Part shown: positions 1-7,254 of the stretch, piece by piece
How positions within the stretch are numbered: the first letter of the stretch is position 1
How the letters are laid out: each line of letters opens with the position of its first letter
IMG/VR virus record: IMGVR_UViG_3300020016_000033
Span: 1 to 29,897 of that record
Direction: 5' to 3' (one strand)
Source: a virus
Taxonomy: Duplodnaviria > Caudoviricetes
Length of the DNA stretch: 29,897 nt
The notes under the pieces: generated by a model
What the model saw: only the letters and a program-made list of their open reading frames with translations
Told to the model about the DNA's origin: nothing
Databases searched by the model: none
Translations under genes and position numbers: made by a program

Positions 1-8
1 GCGTCGAC

Positions 9-137
9 CTACGTGGGTTCGCGGATGAGTCCGAGCAAGACGTGTTCGGTGCCGATGCACGCGTGGCCTTGCAGCCGTGATTCCTCTTGGGCGAGCACGA
101 CGACCCGGCGGGCGCGGTCGGTGAAACGTTCGAACAT
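9..137 (-). CDS. Stand-alone ClpC/ClpA N-terminal (Clp repeat) mini-protein, 42 aa
   Basis: Hand translation: [42 protein letters not shown]. It closely matches the actinobacterial ClpC1 N-terminus as I recall it ([37 protein letters not shown]). The ATG overlaps an upstream TGA (TGATG). Too short for the ORF track. Confidence 0.8.
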   Translation of the reverse strand: MFERFTDRARRVVVLAQEESRLQGHACIGTEHVLLGLIREPT

Positions 138-203
138 CAGTGGCCTGCTCTCACGGTGGGTTGGCTCCTGGGTCGACGAACCGTGACGGTGGTTCCATGG
201 TCA

Positions 204-1415
204 TCAGAACGTCCCGTCGGGCATGATCGGGGTCCACGGCCATTTGCCGGCGTCCTTCTCGAGGTGGGTGGGCCATGTGCGTTGATCGCGTGGACCGCGC
301 CAATGGTCGAGCTTGTAGCGGGTTTGGCTTTCGCCGTCGCGGCGGATGCCGATGCCGAACTCGGGCCAGCGCAGCCACACGCTCGAGCCGAACGGGCGCA
401 GGTCGCGGGTCTTGCCTTCACCGCCGCCGTGGGGGGCGTGGGTTTCCATCACCAGCGCCACGTTGCAGGTGTGTCGGATCTCGTCGAGGGCGTGGGTGAC
501 TTTGCGGATGTGGTCCTCGCCGCCTGTGTCGCCTCGTTCTGCGACGCCGGCCGACATGCGGTAGGCGGGTCCGATCACGACCAGCTCGGCGGCGTTGGCG
601 CGGCAACGGTCCATCAGCCAACGTCGATCGGTGCGTGTCGTCAGGTCGAGCCCTTGTGTGCGGGAGTTGACCCGCAGCCGTTGACGGTCGAAACGCGAGC
701 GGTCCAGGCGCGAGCAGATCCAGGCGAGCCGGCGCGACAGCAGGCGTTCCCCGTTTTCGAGGTCGACCATGAGCACGTTGCGGGGTTCGACCGCTTTGAG
801 GGTCCAGGGGTGGATGCCGGCTGCGGCCTGGACTGCGATTTGGGCGAGCAGGACCGATTTTCCGGCGCCTTCGGATGCGGTGACGAGCAGCCGGTCGCGG
901 TACTCGAGGAAGCCGGGGATCAGCCAGTCGTATTCGGTGGCGACGGACCCGATGTAGCTGTCGACGTCGGGGTCGGGTGCGCCGATGCCGGCCGGTAGGT
1001 CGAGGTGTTGGAGCAGCGCGCGGGCGTGGTCGGCGGCCTCGCCGGCGTCGTCCTCGAGTTTGGCGAGGGTGGCGATCTGGTCTGAGGCGCGGAGCAGGTC
1101 GCGGCGCAGTTTCCAGTTGGCGATGGTGCGCGCGTAGCGGCCTGCGTTGCTGATCGCGGGCGTCGCGTTTTGGAGCTCATGCAGGTATGGCAGTGCGTCT
1201 TCGCCGAGCTGGTCGGCGAGGGTGATGATGTCGATGCGGCCGTGTTCGCGTTGGGTGAGCATGGCGGCGTAGATCTGCTGGTGGCGGTGCGCCACGAAGT
1301 CGGGCGGTTGGACGATGCGGGCCGAATCGTCGAGCGCGAAGTCCGACAGTAGGCAGGCGCCGAGCAGGGCGCGTTCGGTGTCGACGTCGGCGAGGATGTC
1401 GGTTCGGGTGCTCAT
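204..1415 (-). CDS. Replicative helicase: DnaB N-terminal domain + RecA/AAA_25-type ATPase
   Basis: Start MSTRTD overlaps the upstream stop (ATGA at 1412-1415). DnaB-N-like motifs ERALLGACLL, HQQIYAAM and IDIITLAD; Walker A ASEGAGKS; VDLEN; PFGSSVWLRWPEFGI. Confidence 0.85.
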   Translation of the reverse strand: MSTRTDILADVDTERALLGACLLSDFALDDSARIVQPPDFVAHRHQQIYAAMLTQREHGRIDIITLADQLGEDALPYLHELQNATPAISNAGRYARTIANWKLRRDLLRASDQIATLAKLEDDAGEAADHARALLQHLDLPAGIGAPDPDVDSYIGSVATEYDWLIPGFLEYRDRLLVTASEGAGKSVLLAQIAVQAAAGIHPWTLKAVEPRNVLMVDLENGERLLSRRLAWICSRLDRSRFDRQRLRVNSRTQGLDLTTRTDRRWLMDRCRANAAELVVIGPAYRMSAGVAERGDTGGEDHIRKVTHALDEIRHTCNVALVMETHAPHGGGEGKTRDLRPFGSSVWLRWPEFGIGIRRDGESQTRYKLDHWRGPRDQRTWPTHLEKDAGKWPWTPIMPDGTF

Positions 1416-2146
1416 CCGACACCTGGCGCCAGGTGGTTGCCGTGGAGGTCGACGATGCTCAGCGGGTTTTCTCGCGGGAGTTCGTCCTCCCAGCGTTTGT
1501 CGTTCAGCCACGTCGAGGCGTGCGGGACGAACTGGGTCGTGGTGGGGTGTTCGCGTTTCCATCGGGCGCAGTGCGCCGGTACAGCGTCGAGGGCTAGTTG
1601 TCGTTCGGTGAGCGTCAGTCGTCGCCAGACCGTCGCAGCGCGCTTGCGGGCGGTCTTGCGCGGGTAGCACGCCCAGAACTCGTCGAAGTCGTCAGGCTCT
1701 GGAACGGGGGTGTGCACAGCGCGTGCACGCGCGTTCCCTTCCCTTCCCTTCCCTTCCCTTACAGCACTCGAAGACATGCGGCTTGCATGCGGAGGCGTGC
1801 ACGGTTCATGACTAGGCGGTGCGGGGTGCACGGGTTCACCTTGTCTGTAGCTCGCTGCCTGGTGTTTCTCCCAATTTCTAATTTCGAAATAGCGTTCACC
1901 GTCGACCTCGTACAGCGTTATGTGTTCGCGCGCGAGCTGTTCGAGGTGCAAGTCGATGACCGGCGGTGTGATGTCGTCGTCGAGCGGCCAGATCGCGCCT
2001 TTGAGGATGCGCGCGTCGGCGATCCCGCGGCCCATCGAGTCGGCTTCGCACCACATGCCGGTGAACGTGAATCGGGCGTCACGCGAGCATCGCGACAGGC
2101 TCCGTGAGCGGAAGAACTCCGGTTTGATCGTGCGGATTCGTGCCAC
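1412..2146 (-). CDS. Phage replication initiator / replisome organiser
   Basis: N-terminal MARIRTIKPEFF, NWEKHQ, GKGREG linker, C-terminal FDEFWACYPRK...HASTWLN; directly upstream of the helicase. Confidence 0.85.
   Translation of the reverse strand: MARIRTIKPEFFRSRSLSRCSRDARFTFTGMWCEADSMGRGIADARILKGAIWPLDDDITPPVIDLHLEQLAREHITLYEVDGERYFEIRNWEKHQAASYRQGEPVHPAPPSHEPCTPPHASRMSSSAVREGKGREGNARARAVHTPVPEPDDFDEFWACYPRKTARKRAATVWRRLTLTERQLALDAVPAHCARWKREHPTTTQFVPHASTWLNDKRWEDELPRENPLSIVDLHGNHLAPGVG
1712..1838. repeat. Repeats inside the initiator gene (candidate iterons/origin)
   Basis: (CCCTT)5 at 1736-1760. GTGCAC at 1712, 1723, 1797 and 1826, including GTGCACGG(G)TTCA twice. Confidence 0.45.
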
Positions 2147-2602
2147 TCACGCCACCTCACGCCAGCGGTCGGACATGTGCAGCGCGAGCCCGACGTCAGA
2201 CGACGTGAACCGCGTCCACGTCGCACGCAAGGCGACGCTTTCGCCATAGAAGCGGGGCAGCACCAGCAGTGGGTCGGGCAGCTCGCGGACTTCGATCAGT
2301 AGGAACGCGTGGGGCTCGCTGGCCCAGATGATGCGCGCCCATCGGAGAGCCTCGGTCGAGCCGAACGTGACGAGTGGCTTGACCTCCACGTAAACCCGGC
2401 GGTTGGAACCCATGATCTTGACACCGTGAAGACGGAAGTCGGGAAGGTACTGGCCTTCATCGGTGGCGAAGCACTGAGGTTCGTACTCCCATGTGATCTG
2501 CTGACGGTCAAGCCAGGCGGCGTATTTCGCCTCGAGCCGGGATCGCATCTCGACCCCGTTGTACGTCGTGGGTCGGGCCTTGAATCGTGTACCTTCATCC
2601 AT
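2147..2602 (-). CDS. PD-(D/E)XK family nuclease
   Basis: TTYNGVEMRSRLEAKYA, WEYEP, YLPDF, YVEVKP; GGAGG RBS upstream of the ATG at 2602. Confidence 0.8.
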   Translation of the reverse strand: MDEGTRFKARPTTYNGVEMRSRLEAKYAAWLDRQQITWEYEPQCFATDEGQYLPDFRLHGVKIMGSNRRVYVEVKPLVTFGSTEALRWARIIWASEPHAFLLIEVRELPDPLLVLPRFYGESVALRATWTRFTSSDVGLALHMSDRWREVA

Positions 2603-2720
2603 GTCGGGCACCTCCAGTGGTGTCGGCCAGCGCCGGGGATGTTGTCGCATCGCCCGGCGCATCTATTGCAATGATTGTACCAGATCTGCCCGCCACGATT
2701 AGAACACGCAGGGCGTTCAT
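2595..2720 (-). CDS. Small hypothetical protein
   Basis: The ATG overlaps the upstream stop; 41 aa, no recognisable motif. Confidence 0.3.
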   Translation of the reverse strand: MNALRVLIVAGRSGTIIAIDAPGDATTSPALADTTGGARHG

Positions 2721-2890
2721 GCCGCGGTCTCGCTTTGGCCGCAGTACGCACAGCGTCCGGAGGGAGCGAGAGAGTGCGAGCAATGTGGATCGCCGTCCGG
2801 GTCGTGATCGCGGCACAAGTGTTGGCCCATCACGAAGGCGACCGCGGCGTTTTTGCATCGGGTTGCGCCCACGACTCGTTCGCACCTCAT
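2717..2890 (-). CDS. Small Cys/His-rich (putative zinc-binding) protein
   Basis: MRCERV...CKN...LCRDH...HCSH...CAYC; ATGA coupling at both ends. Confidence 0.55.
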   Translation of the reverse strand: MRCERVVGATRCKNAAVAFVMGQHLCRDHDPDGDPHCSHSLAPSGRCAYCGQSETAA

Positions 2891-3303
2891 GCCGCTGCCT
2901 CGCTGCGTGGGATGAGTTCGACGACAACGAACTCGGCGCCTTTCACGAACCTCGAGCCCAACGTCTCGACGTACTCCGGCGTGTCGTCCGGCCAGCATCC
3001 TGCGTCCACTAAGCCATCGACACACGCTTTAACCGTGGGTGCGGGTCCGTCTGAGTCGCGGCGCCGGTTGACGGTGACGGGGAATGTGACTCGCACGTAG
3101 CAGGGGCCGTCGTGGCCGTTGTGGAGCACGCACCACACACCGCCCTTGCCGCCGCACTCGTCGCACGGCTCGGTCACCCACGCTTCAGCCGTCACCTGGA
3201 ACACAACCCCTTCGCCGGGTGGTGGTACCATCCAACGTTCCTGGTAGGTGCCAGGGCTGTCCGTGATCGCGTCAACCCGGTACGGGTTCGCTGCGTCCGT
3301 CAT
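2887..3303 (-). CDS. RusA-like Holliday junction resolvase with CxxC insert
   Basis: RRRDSDG...VKACVDGLVDAGCWPDD is RusA-like; N-terminal part contains CDECGGKG. Confidence 0.65.
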   Translation of the reverse strand: MTDAANPYRVDAITDSPGTYQERWMVPPPGEGVVFQVTAEAWVTEPCDECGGKGGVWCVLHNGHDGPCYVRVTFPVTVNRRRDSDGPAPTVKACVDGLVDAGCWPDDTPEYVETLGSRFVKGAEFVVVELIPRSEAAA

Positions 3304-3665
3304 CGCTGCCTCGCTGGGTGCTCATGGAGGTGGAATGTGGAGGCGTGCAGCGCGACGTATTCGCCCGAGCGGGGCAGGAACATCACGAACTCAAGGTCTG
3401 CGTCGAGCAACTCGTCGCGGGCGTGAGCGATCTCGTCCCAACGCGGGTAGCGCGACGGGGCGCCCTTGTGGTCTACGAACGAGATAGACAGATGCCAACC
3501 CATCGGTTCCTCGGCGACTAGGCAACGCAGGTAGCCGTCGCTCACGTTGCGCACGAACCATTGCGCGCCGCATTCGCTGAGGGCGCGGCCGAACGGTTCG
3601 CCGACAAGCTCGCGCCAGGCTGAACGGGCCTTGGTGATCGGCGATCGCTCCATCGGTCGGCTCAT
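3300..3665 (-). CDS. Conserved phage hypothetical protein (GWHLSIS...YPxWDEI...HLH family)
   Basis: Motifs GWHLSIS, RYPRWDEI, LPRSGEYV and FHLH; coupled to its neighbours. Confidence 0.7.
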   Translation of the reverse strand: MSRPMERSPITKARSAWRELVGEPFGRALSECGAQWFVRNVSDGYLRCLVAEEPMGWHLSISFVDHKGAPSRYPRWDEIAHARDELLDADLEFVMFLPRSGEYVALHASTFHLHEHPARQR

Positions 3666-4315
3666 GCTGGCGGTACTTTCTCGAGCTTGTCGATGACGGC
3701 TGCGGCCTCTGAGCGGGTCACGTCTTTCCATGTCGCAACGTCACGCCCCAAGTAGGCGGATGTGAGCGCGAGTCGTTCGTTGCGTTCGTGTACGCCGATC
3801 TCGCCGAACAGTGCCATCGCCTTCTTGGTCTGCGCTGGCGTCGGGTCATCGCCGTTGGCGCGCGGCGTGGTGGGGGCTGGCGTTGCGGCGGCCTTCGGTT
3901 TCTTGCTGGCCGCGCTGCCGTCGTCGTCCTCGGTGGCGATACCGAGCAGCGCGAGCATTTGGTAACGCCTTCCGTAGCTGATGGCTGAACCCTGCGCTTG
4001 AGGCGTCGCCTGCCCCGCGGTCACCAGAAGCGGCGGGAACGCCAACCACTCGCCCGACGAATGAAGCAATATTGAGTGAACGCCATCGGTCGCGGCGGGT
4101 TGCGTCACGGCGAGTCCGTTGGTTGTCAGCACCGGCTTGACTGCCTCTAGGACGGCGTCAAGGTCTGCGTATCCGTATCTGACTTTGCCGCCCGTCTTGA
4201 GTTCGATTTCGGCGCGCTTGTTGCGGGCGACGTCTTCGACGCTTTGGAGCGCCGCGACGAACGCTGGGATAACTGTGCCGGTTGCATCCGACGACGGCCA
4301 CGGCCACGCGCTCAT
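3662..4315 (-). CDS. erf: ERF-family single-strand annealing protein
   Basis: YGYADLDAVL, LLHSSGEW, QAQGSAISYGRRY, GIATEDDDG. Confidence 0.9.
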   Translation of the reverse strand: MSAWPWPSSDATGTVIPAFVAALQSVEDVARNKRAEIELKTGGKVRYGYADLDAVLEAVKPVLTTNGLAVTQPAATDGVHSILLHSSGEWLAFPPLLVTAGQATPQAQGSAISYGRRYQMLALLGIATEDDDGSAASKKPKAAATPAPTTPRANGDDPTPAQTKKAMALFGEIGVHERNERLALTSAYLGRDVATWKDVTRSEAAAVIDKLEKVPPA

Positions 4316-4581
4316 TCGTGGTCAACCTCGCAACGGGGGTCGGCTTCGTCGTACGCCCACGGCCGCAGGAAGATGTCGCTGTTCCACCAGCCGAAGTCGC
4401 GCGGCTCGTATTCGGCCATAACGGCGGCACGGTCAGCAGCCCACCGTGCCTGCTGCTCGGCGTCGCTGCACCAGCCGCAATCAAGGCCGAGGTCGAGGTT
4501 GCGCATCGCTTCCCATTCGAGTTCGTCGTCGCGTGCCAGCAGCGCGTCCGCGATCGTCTCGTCACGCAGGTGGTCCGTCAC
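4312..4581 (-). CDS. Acidic hypothetical protein
   Basis: GTGA overlap with the upstream stop; CGWC motif. Confidence 0.55.
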   Translation of the reverse strand: MTDHLRDETIADALLARDDELEWEAMRNLDLGLDCGWCSDAEQQARWAADRAAVMAEYEPRDFGWWNSDIFLRPWAYDEADPRCEVDHE

Positions 4582-4802
4582 GGATGGTTCGCCTTGATCC
4601 AGTCCTGCACCTCGAACGCGACGGCGCGGCCGAGCCGTGTGCGAGTATCCAGGCCGCCCATACGCCACGCCTGTGCCGCCTCGCGTCCCAGTCGCCGCAG
4701 GCGGTCGATCTCGTCCATCGCCCAGTCGCAATCCTGAGCGCCGAGTGCGCCGGTGCGGTGGGCGTTGTCAACCAGGTGGTGGTAATCATCGCGAGCCGTC
4801 AT
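4578..4802 (-). CDS. Hypothetical protein
   Basis: Coupled (ATGA) to the Rpf gene stop and to the next gene. Confidence 0.6.
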   Translation of the reverse strand: MTARDDYHHLVDNAHRTGALGAQDCDWAMDEIDRLRRLGREAAQAWRMGGLDTRTRLGRAVAFEVQDWIKANHP

Positions 4803-5329
4803 CGCAGCCCCATCCTTCTGCTACAGGTCGGCCAGGCGCCCCAGCCCTGCATGTCGAGCAGCCGTTCCGCGGTCAACATCTGCTGCGCAGCGGACGCCTG
4901 GTGCGGGTAGGCGGCGTACTGCAACCCGCCTGCGCCACGCCACGACGTGAGCGCGAACTGCAACCCGCCGTAGTAGCCGTTGCCGGTGTTGATCGACCAG
5001 TCGCCACCCGATTCGCAGCGCGCCAACGCCACCCACTCGTCGAAATGCGGAATGACGACCGGCGCGGGTGGCGGCACGGTTGCCGTCACCTGGTACGCGG
5101 TGCCCCGCACAGGTAACGCGTCAACCGTGGCCTGCATGCCTCCCGTTGGGACGGTGGCAATCGGTGCCGCGGGCGGGGCAGCCGTGGCGGCCACGGTTGA
5201 CGCGATCGGGGGTGCGACGTAGTAGCGGGCTTGCGCTAGTTCGGCGTCGAGTTTCGGTTCGCCGGCGAGCGCGAGCGCCGCACACCAGGCGACGAAGATG
5301 AGGATGGCGGCGACCGCTGCGAGCCTCAT
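4799..5329 (-). CDS. rpf: Secreted resuscitation-promoting factor (Rpf) transglycosylase
   Basis: Hydrophobic signal/TM segment, Ala/Pro/Thr linker, then WVALARCESGGDWSINTGNGYYGGLQF...QGWGAWPTC with the catalytic Glu and both Cys. Confidence 0.92.
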   Translation of the reverse strand: MRLAAVAAILIFVAWCAALALAGEPKLDAELAQARYYVAPPIASTVAATAAPPAAPIATVPTGGMQATVDALPVRGTAYQVTATVPPPAPVVIPHFDEWVALARCESGGDWSINTGNGYYGGLQFALTSWRGAGGLQYAAYPHQASAAQQMLTAERLLDMQGWGAWPTCSRRMGLR

Positions 5330-5511
5330 GCTGTGGCCCCGTGTTGCGAGCATCCCGAATAGTGGAAGGGGGTCGTATGAGTGCATTCACGGCAACGCTG
5401 GATTGCGCATCGCATGTAGCCCTTGCGCCAGTTCTCACGCGCCCATCCGGGGTACGTGACATGCACCGCCCACCACCACCGCAACTTGGCCCGGATCGTC
5501 GTGGCCCTCAC
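5326..5511 (-). CDS. Small Trp/Cys-rich hypothetical protein
   Basis: GTGA/ATGA overlaps at both ends; CREC...H...C. Confidence 0.5.
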   Translation of the reverse strand: MRATTIRAKLRWWWAVHVTYPGWARENWRKGYMRCAIQRCRECTHTTPFHYSGCSQHGATA

Positions 5512-5720
5512 GGCCGTTCGCCCATCTGTGCTCGGAGGTCGGGGAACGCCTCGGCCAGCGCCTCGTTCATGGCGTGGACGGTTTCCAACTCTTCTTCCAA
5601 CTGTGCTTCGACGCGTTGCAGTTCGGCACGCAGCCCGTCGCACTCGGCGCGCAGGCGGTCAGTGACCTCATGCGGGTGTGTGCAGACCTCGCAGGACGAG
5701 TCGTAGACGTGGTCGCTCAT
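5508..5720 (-). CDS. Small coiled-coil protein with CxxCxH
   Basis: SCEVCTH followed by an E/L-rich heptad pattern; coupled. Confidence 0.6.
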   Translation of the reverse strand: MSDHVYDSSCEVCTHPHEVTDRLRAECDGLRAELQRVEAQLEEELETVHAMNEALAEAFPDLRAQMGERP

Positions 5721-5935
5721 GGCCCGATCCCCTCTCGCGCTTCGAAGGCCGACAACGCCTCATCCCACAGGCGGTGCCAACGGGCGCCTTCATCTCGCGC
5801 TCGCTGCAACTCGCCCTCGAGCCGTTCGACTTCTTGCGCCAACACCAGCCCGGCGGCGATGTAGCGGCGCTGCGCGATGAAGTCGCCGCCGATACGCCCG
5901 TACCGGACAACAGACGCAGCCTCAACCGGCGACAT
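5717..5935 (-). CDS. Small coiled-coil hypothetical protein
   Basis: LAQEVERLEGELQRAR; lies within the coupled early operon. Confidence 0.55.
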   Translation of the reverse strand: MSPVEAASVVRYGRIGGDFIAQRRYIAAGLVLAQEVERLEGELQRARDEGARWHRLWDEALSAFEAREGIGP

Positions 5936-6080
5936 GGTTCGCGCCCGTCCGGTAGACGTTGCCGACACCATCGGCGTACGGGTTGTTGACCTCGCGCAGA
6001 TACACGGCGATCGGGCTCGTCGGCGGCACGACGATCACGCGCCAGGTGCGCCCGTTGTCGGAACTCCACTCCACGTTCAC
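5922..6080 (-). CDS. Hypothetical protein
   Basis: GTG overlaps the upstream stop; WSSDNGRTW (Asp-box-like). Confidence 0.45.
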   Translation of the reverse strand: MNVEWSSDNGRTWRVIVVPPTSPIAVYLREVNNPYADGVGNVYRTGANHVAG

Positions 6081-6202
6081 TGCAGCCCCCGGTCCCATCG
6101 GCGCACACTGGCGCGCGCCCACGCCTTATCGGCGAGCATCCAAAGCAAGCCCGCTACGGTCGAGGTGGCGGCAGCGACCCAAACGCACACGAGCGGGTTC
6201 AT
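6077..6202 (-). CDS. Small single-pass membrane protein
   Basis: MNPLVCVWVAAATSTVAGLLWMLA is hydrophobic; coupled to the HNH stop. Confidence 0.5.
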   Translation of the reverse strand: MNPLVCVWVAAATSTVAGLLWMLADKAWARASVRRWDRGLQ

Positions 6203-6639
6203 GCCGCTCCCCCCGCCTTTACTCGCAGGTGGTAACCCCGCATGAACTCGCGCGCACAGGCGCGGCAAGCCCGCCTGCCGTTGTACGTTCGCTTCGTGTT
6301 CTCCGGCGTGAACTCATGCCCGTGGACACAGTGCGTCCGCGCAGCGTTTATTGCCATTGGGCTCACGCCGCGAAGTACGTTCTCCCGGTGCGTGACTGGC
6401 TCTAGATGAGCAGGGTTGCAGCAATGAGGGACGCGGCAGAGGTGGTCGAGTTCCAGGCCCTCCGGTATCGCGCCGCGTGCAGATTGGTAGGTGAGCCGAT
6501 GGACAAAGACACTCACTCGGTGAACCTGGATCTGGGCGTACCCCCTGTTGTTCAGGTATCCACGCCACAGCCAGCACCCAGTCGCGGGGTCGGCCTCGAT
6601 CTTGGAGGCGATGCGCTCGGGCAGGTCGGTGACGTTCAC
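6199..6639 (-). CDS. HNH endonuclease
   Basis: GCWLWRG, VHRLTY, LDHLCRVPHCCNPAHLEPVTHREN, C-terminal THCVHGHEF...CRAC. Confidence 0.9.
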   Translation of the reverse strand: MNVTDLPERIASKIEADPATGCWLWRGYLNNRGYAQIQVHRVSVFVHRLTYQSARGAIPEGLELDHLCRVPHCCNPAHLEPVTHRENVLRGVSPMAINAARTHCVHGHEFTPENTKRTYNGRRACRACAREFMRGYHLRVKAGGAA

Positions 6640-6833
6640 GCCGCGGTCCGTTCGGCCCAGCCGCGGACGGCTTCATGCGAGATGTCGACCTGGCCGTTGG
6701 TGGCGACCTTCAGGTCGTGAGCGATCTTGCGCCACGACCATCCGGCCTCGCGCTGCTCGGCGATCCAGTGTTGGACGGGTCGGCCGAGTAGCAGGGAGGC
6801 GAGTCGTTGAGTGGGTGTCGACGCCGGTGTCAC
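6636..6833 (-). CDS. Cro-like HTH protein
   Basis: GWSWRKIAHDL...ISHEAVRGW; first gene of the early operon, divergent from the repressor. Confidence 0.75.
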   Translation of the reverse strand: MTPASTPTQRLASLLLGRPVQHWIAEQREAGWSWRKIAHDLKVATNGQVDISHEAVRGWAERTAA

Positions 6834-6839
6834 GGAGTC

Positions 6840-6869
6840 AACTTAGATGACGCCACGTCATCACGTCAA
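6840..6869 (-). promoter_or_regulatory. Leftward early promoter (leaderless) with an operator in its spacer
   Basis: Minus strand reads TTGACG-18 bp-TAAGTT-6 nt-GTG. The spacer contains the perfect palindrome GATGACG-CCA-CGTCATC (6846-6862). Confidence 0.75.
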
Positions 6870-6888
6870 GACCTATGACATATTTAAG

Positions 6889-6918
6889 TTGTCAAGATGT
6901 TTGACGGTCTGTCATCAT
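6889..6918 (+). promoter_or_regulatory. Rightward repressor promoter (leaderless) with a second operator
   Basis: TTGTCA-18 bp-CATCAT-6 nt-ATG(6925). The operator copy TGACGGTCTGTCATC (6902-6916) fills most of the spacer and overlaps the -10. Confidence 0.6.
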
Positions 6919-6924
6919 GTCGGC

Positions 6925-7254
6925 ATGCATGGCAAACGGCGCACTCCACGCCTCAACAACAACGTCACGACCGTCGCCCGCATGCTGATGGGCCGACGCG
7001 GCATGACCCAAACCGACCTCGCCAACGTGCTTGACATCGACAAGGCGCTCGTCTCACGGGTGTTCGCCGACAAGCGCACCTGGCAGCTCGAGGAGATCGA
7101 GGACATGGCCGAGCACTTCAACGTCGGCCCGGCGATCTTCCTCGAAGACCCCGACGACCTGATTTCGCGTCGAAATCCTGTGCTTACCCAACACTATGCA
7201 CAGCATTCTCGGGTGGCGCCGGTCCCGAGCCCTAGAATCTTGATCGCAGCTTGA
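6925..7254 (+). CDS. XRE-family immunity repressor with a C-terminal ssrA-like tag (LIAA)
   Basis: GMTQTDLANVLDIDKALVSRV...W HTH; divergent from cro; low-complexity tail ending RILIAA. Confidence 0.85.
   Translation: MHGKRRTPRLNNNVTTVARMLMGRRGMTQTDLANVLDIDKALVSRVFADKRTWQLEEIEDMAEHFNVGPAIFLEDPDDLISRRNPVLTQHYAQHSRVAPVPSPRILIAA
7178..7203. other. Candidate tyrosine-recombinase core site (attP-like) inside the repressor 3' end
   Basis: CTGTGCTTAC-ccaaca-CTATGCACAG: 10-bp arms with 8/10 dyad symmetry and a 6-bp spacer. It directly follows the palindrome GATTTCG-CGT-CGAAATC (7161-7177). Confidence 0.45.

Noticed and set aside
137-204. Tiny coupled ORFs ([17 protein letters not shown] and VRAGH) between the helicase and the Clp-repeat gene
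   Set aside because: Too short to support as proteins; at most they relay translational coupling.
540-600. Helicase Walker B reads LVVIGP without Asp, suggesting an inactive enzyme
   Set aside because: As I recall, this variant is common in actinophage AAA_25-type helicases; the other motifs are intact.
87-998. Long plus-strand ORFs (also 13156-14256, 19084-20115, 24209-25186, 27208-28191)
   Set aside because: They are antisense shadows of well-supported minus-strand genes in high-GC DNA, with no motifs.
2674-2682. Extended -10 (TGGTACAAT, minus strand) upstream of the PD-(D/E)XK nuclease
   Set aside because: No well-spaced -35, and a single short motif is insufficient evidence.
2717-6833. 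Many early proteins ending in -AA (ETAA, EAAA, GGAA, RTAA) as a global degron programme
   Set aside because: These ends coincide with RBS spacing and ATGA/GTGA overlaps, which favour Ala codons in GC-rich DNA. Only the repressor and Int tails were kept as meaningful.
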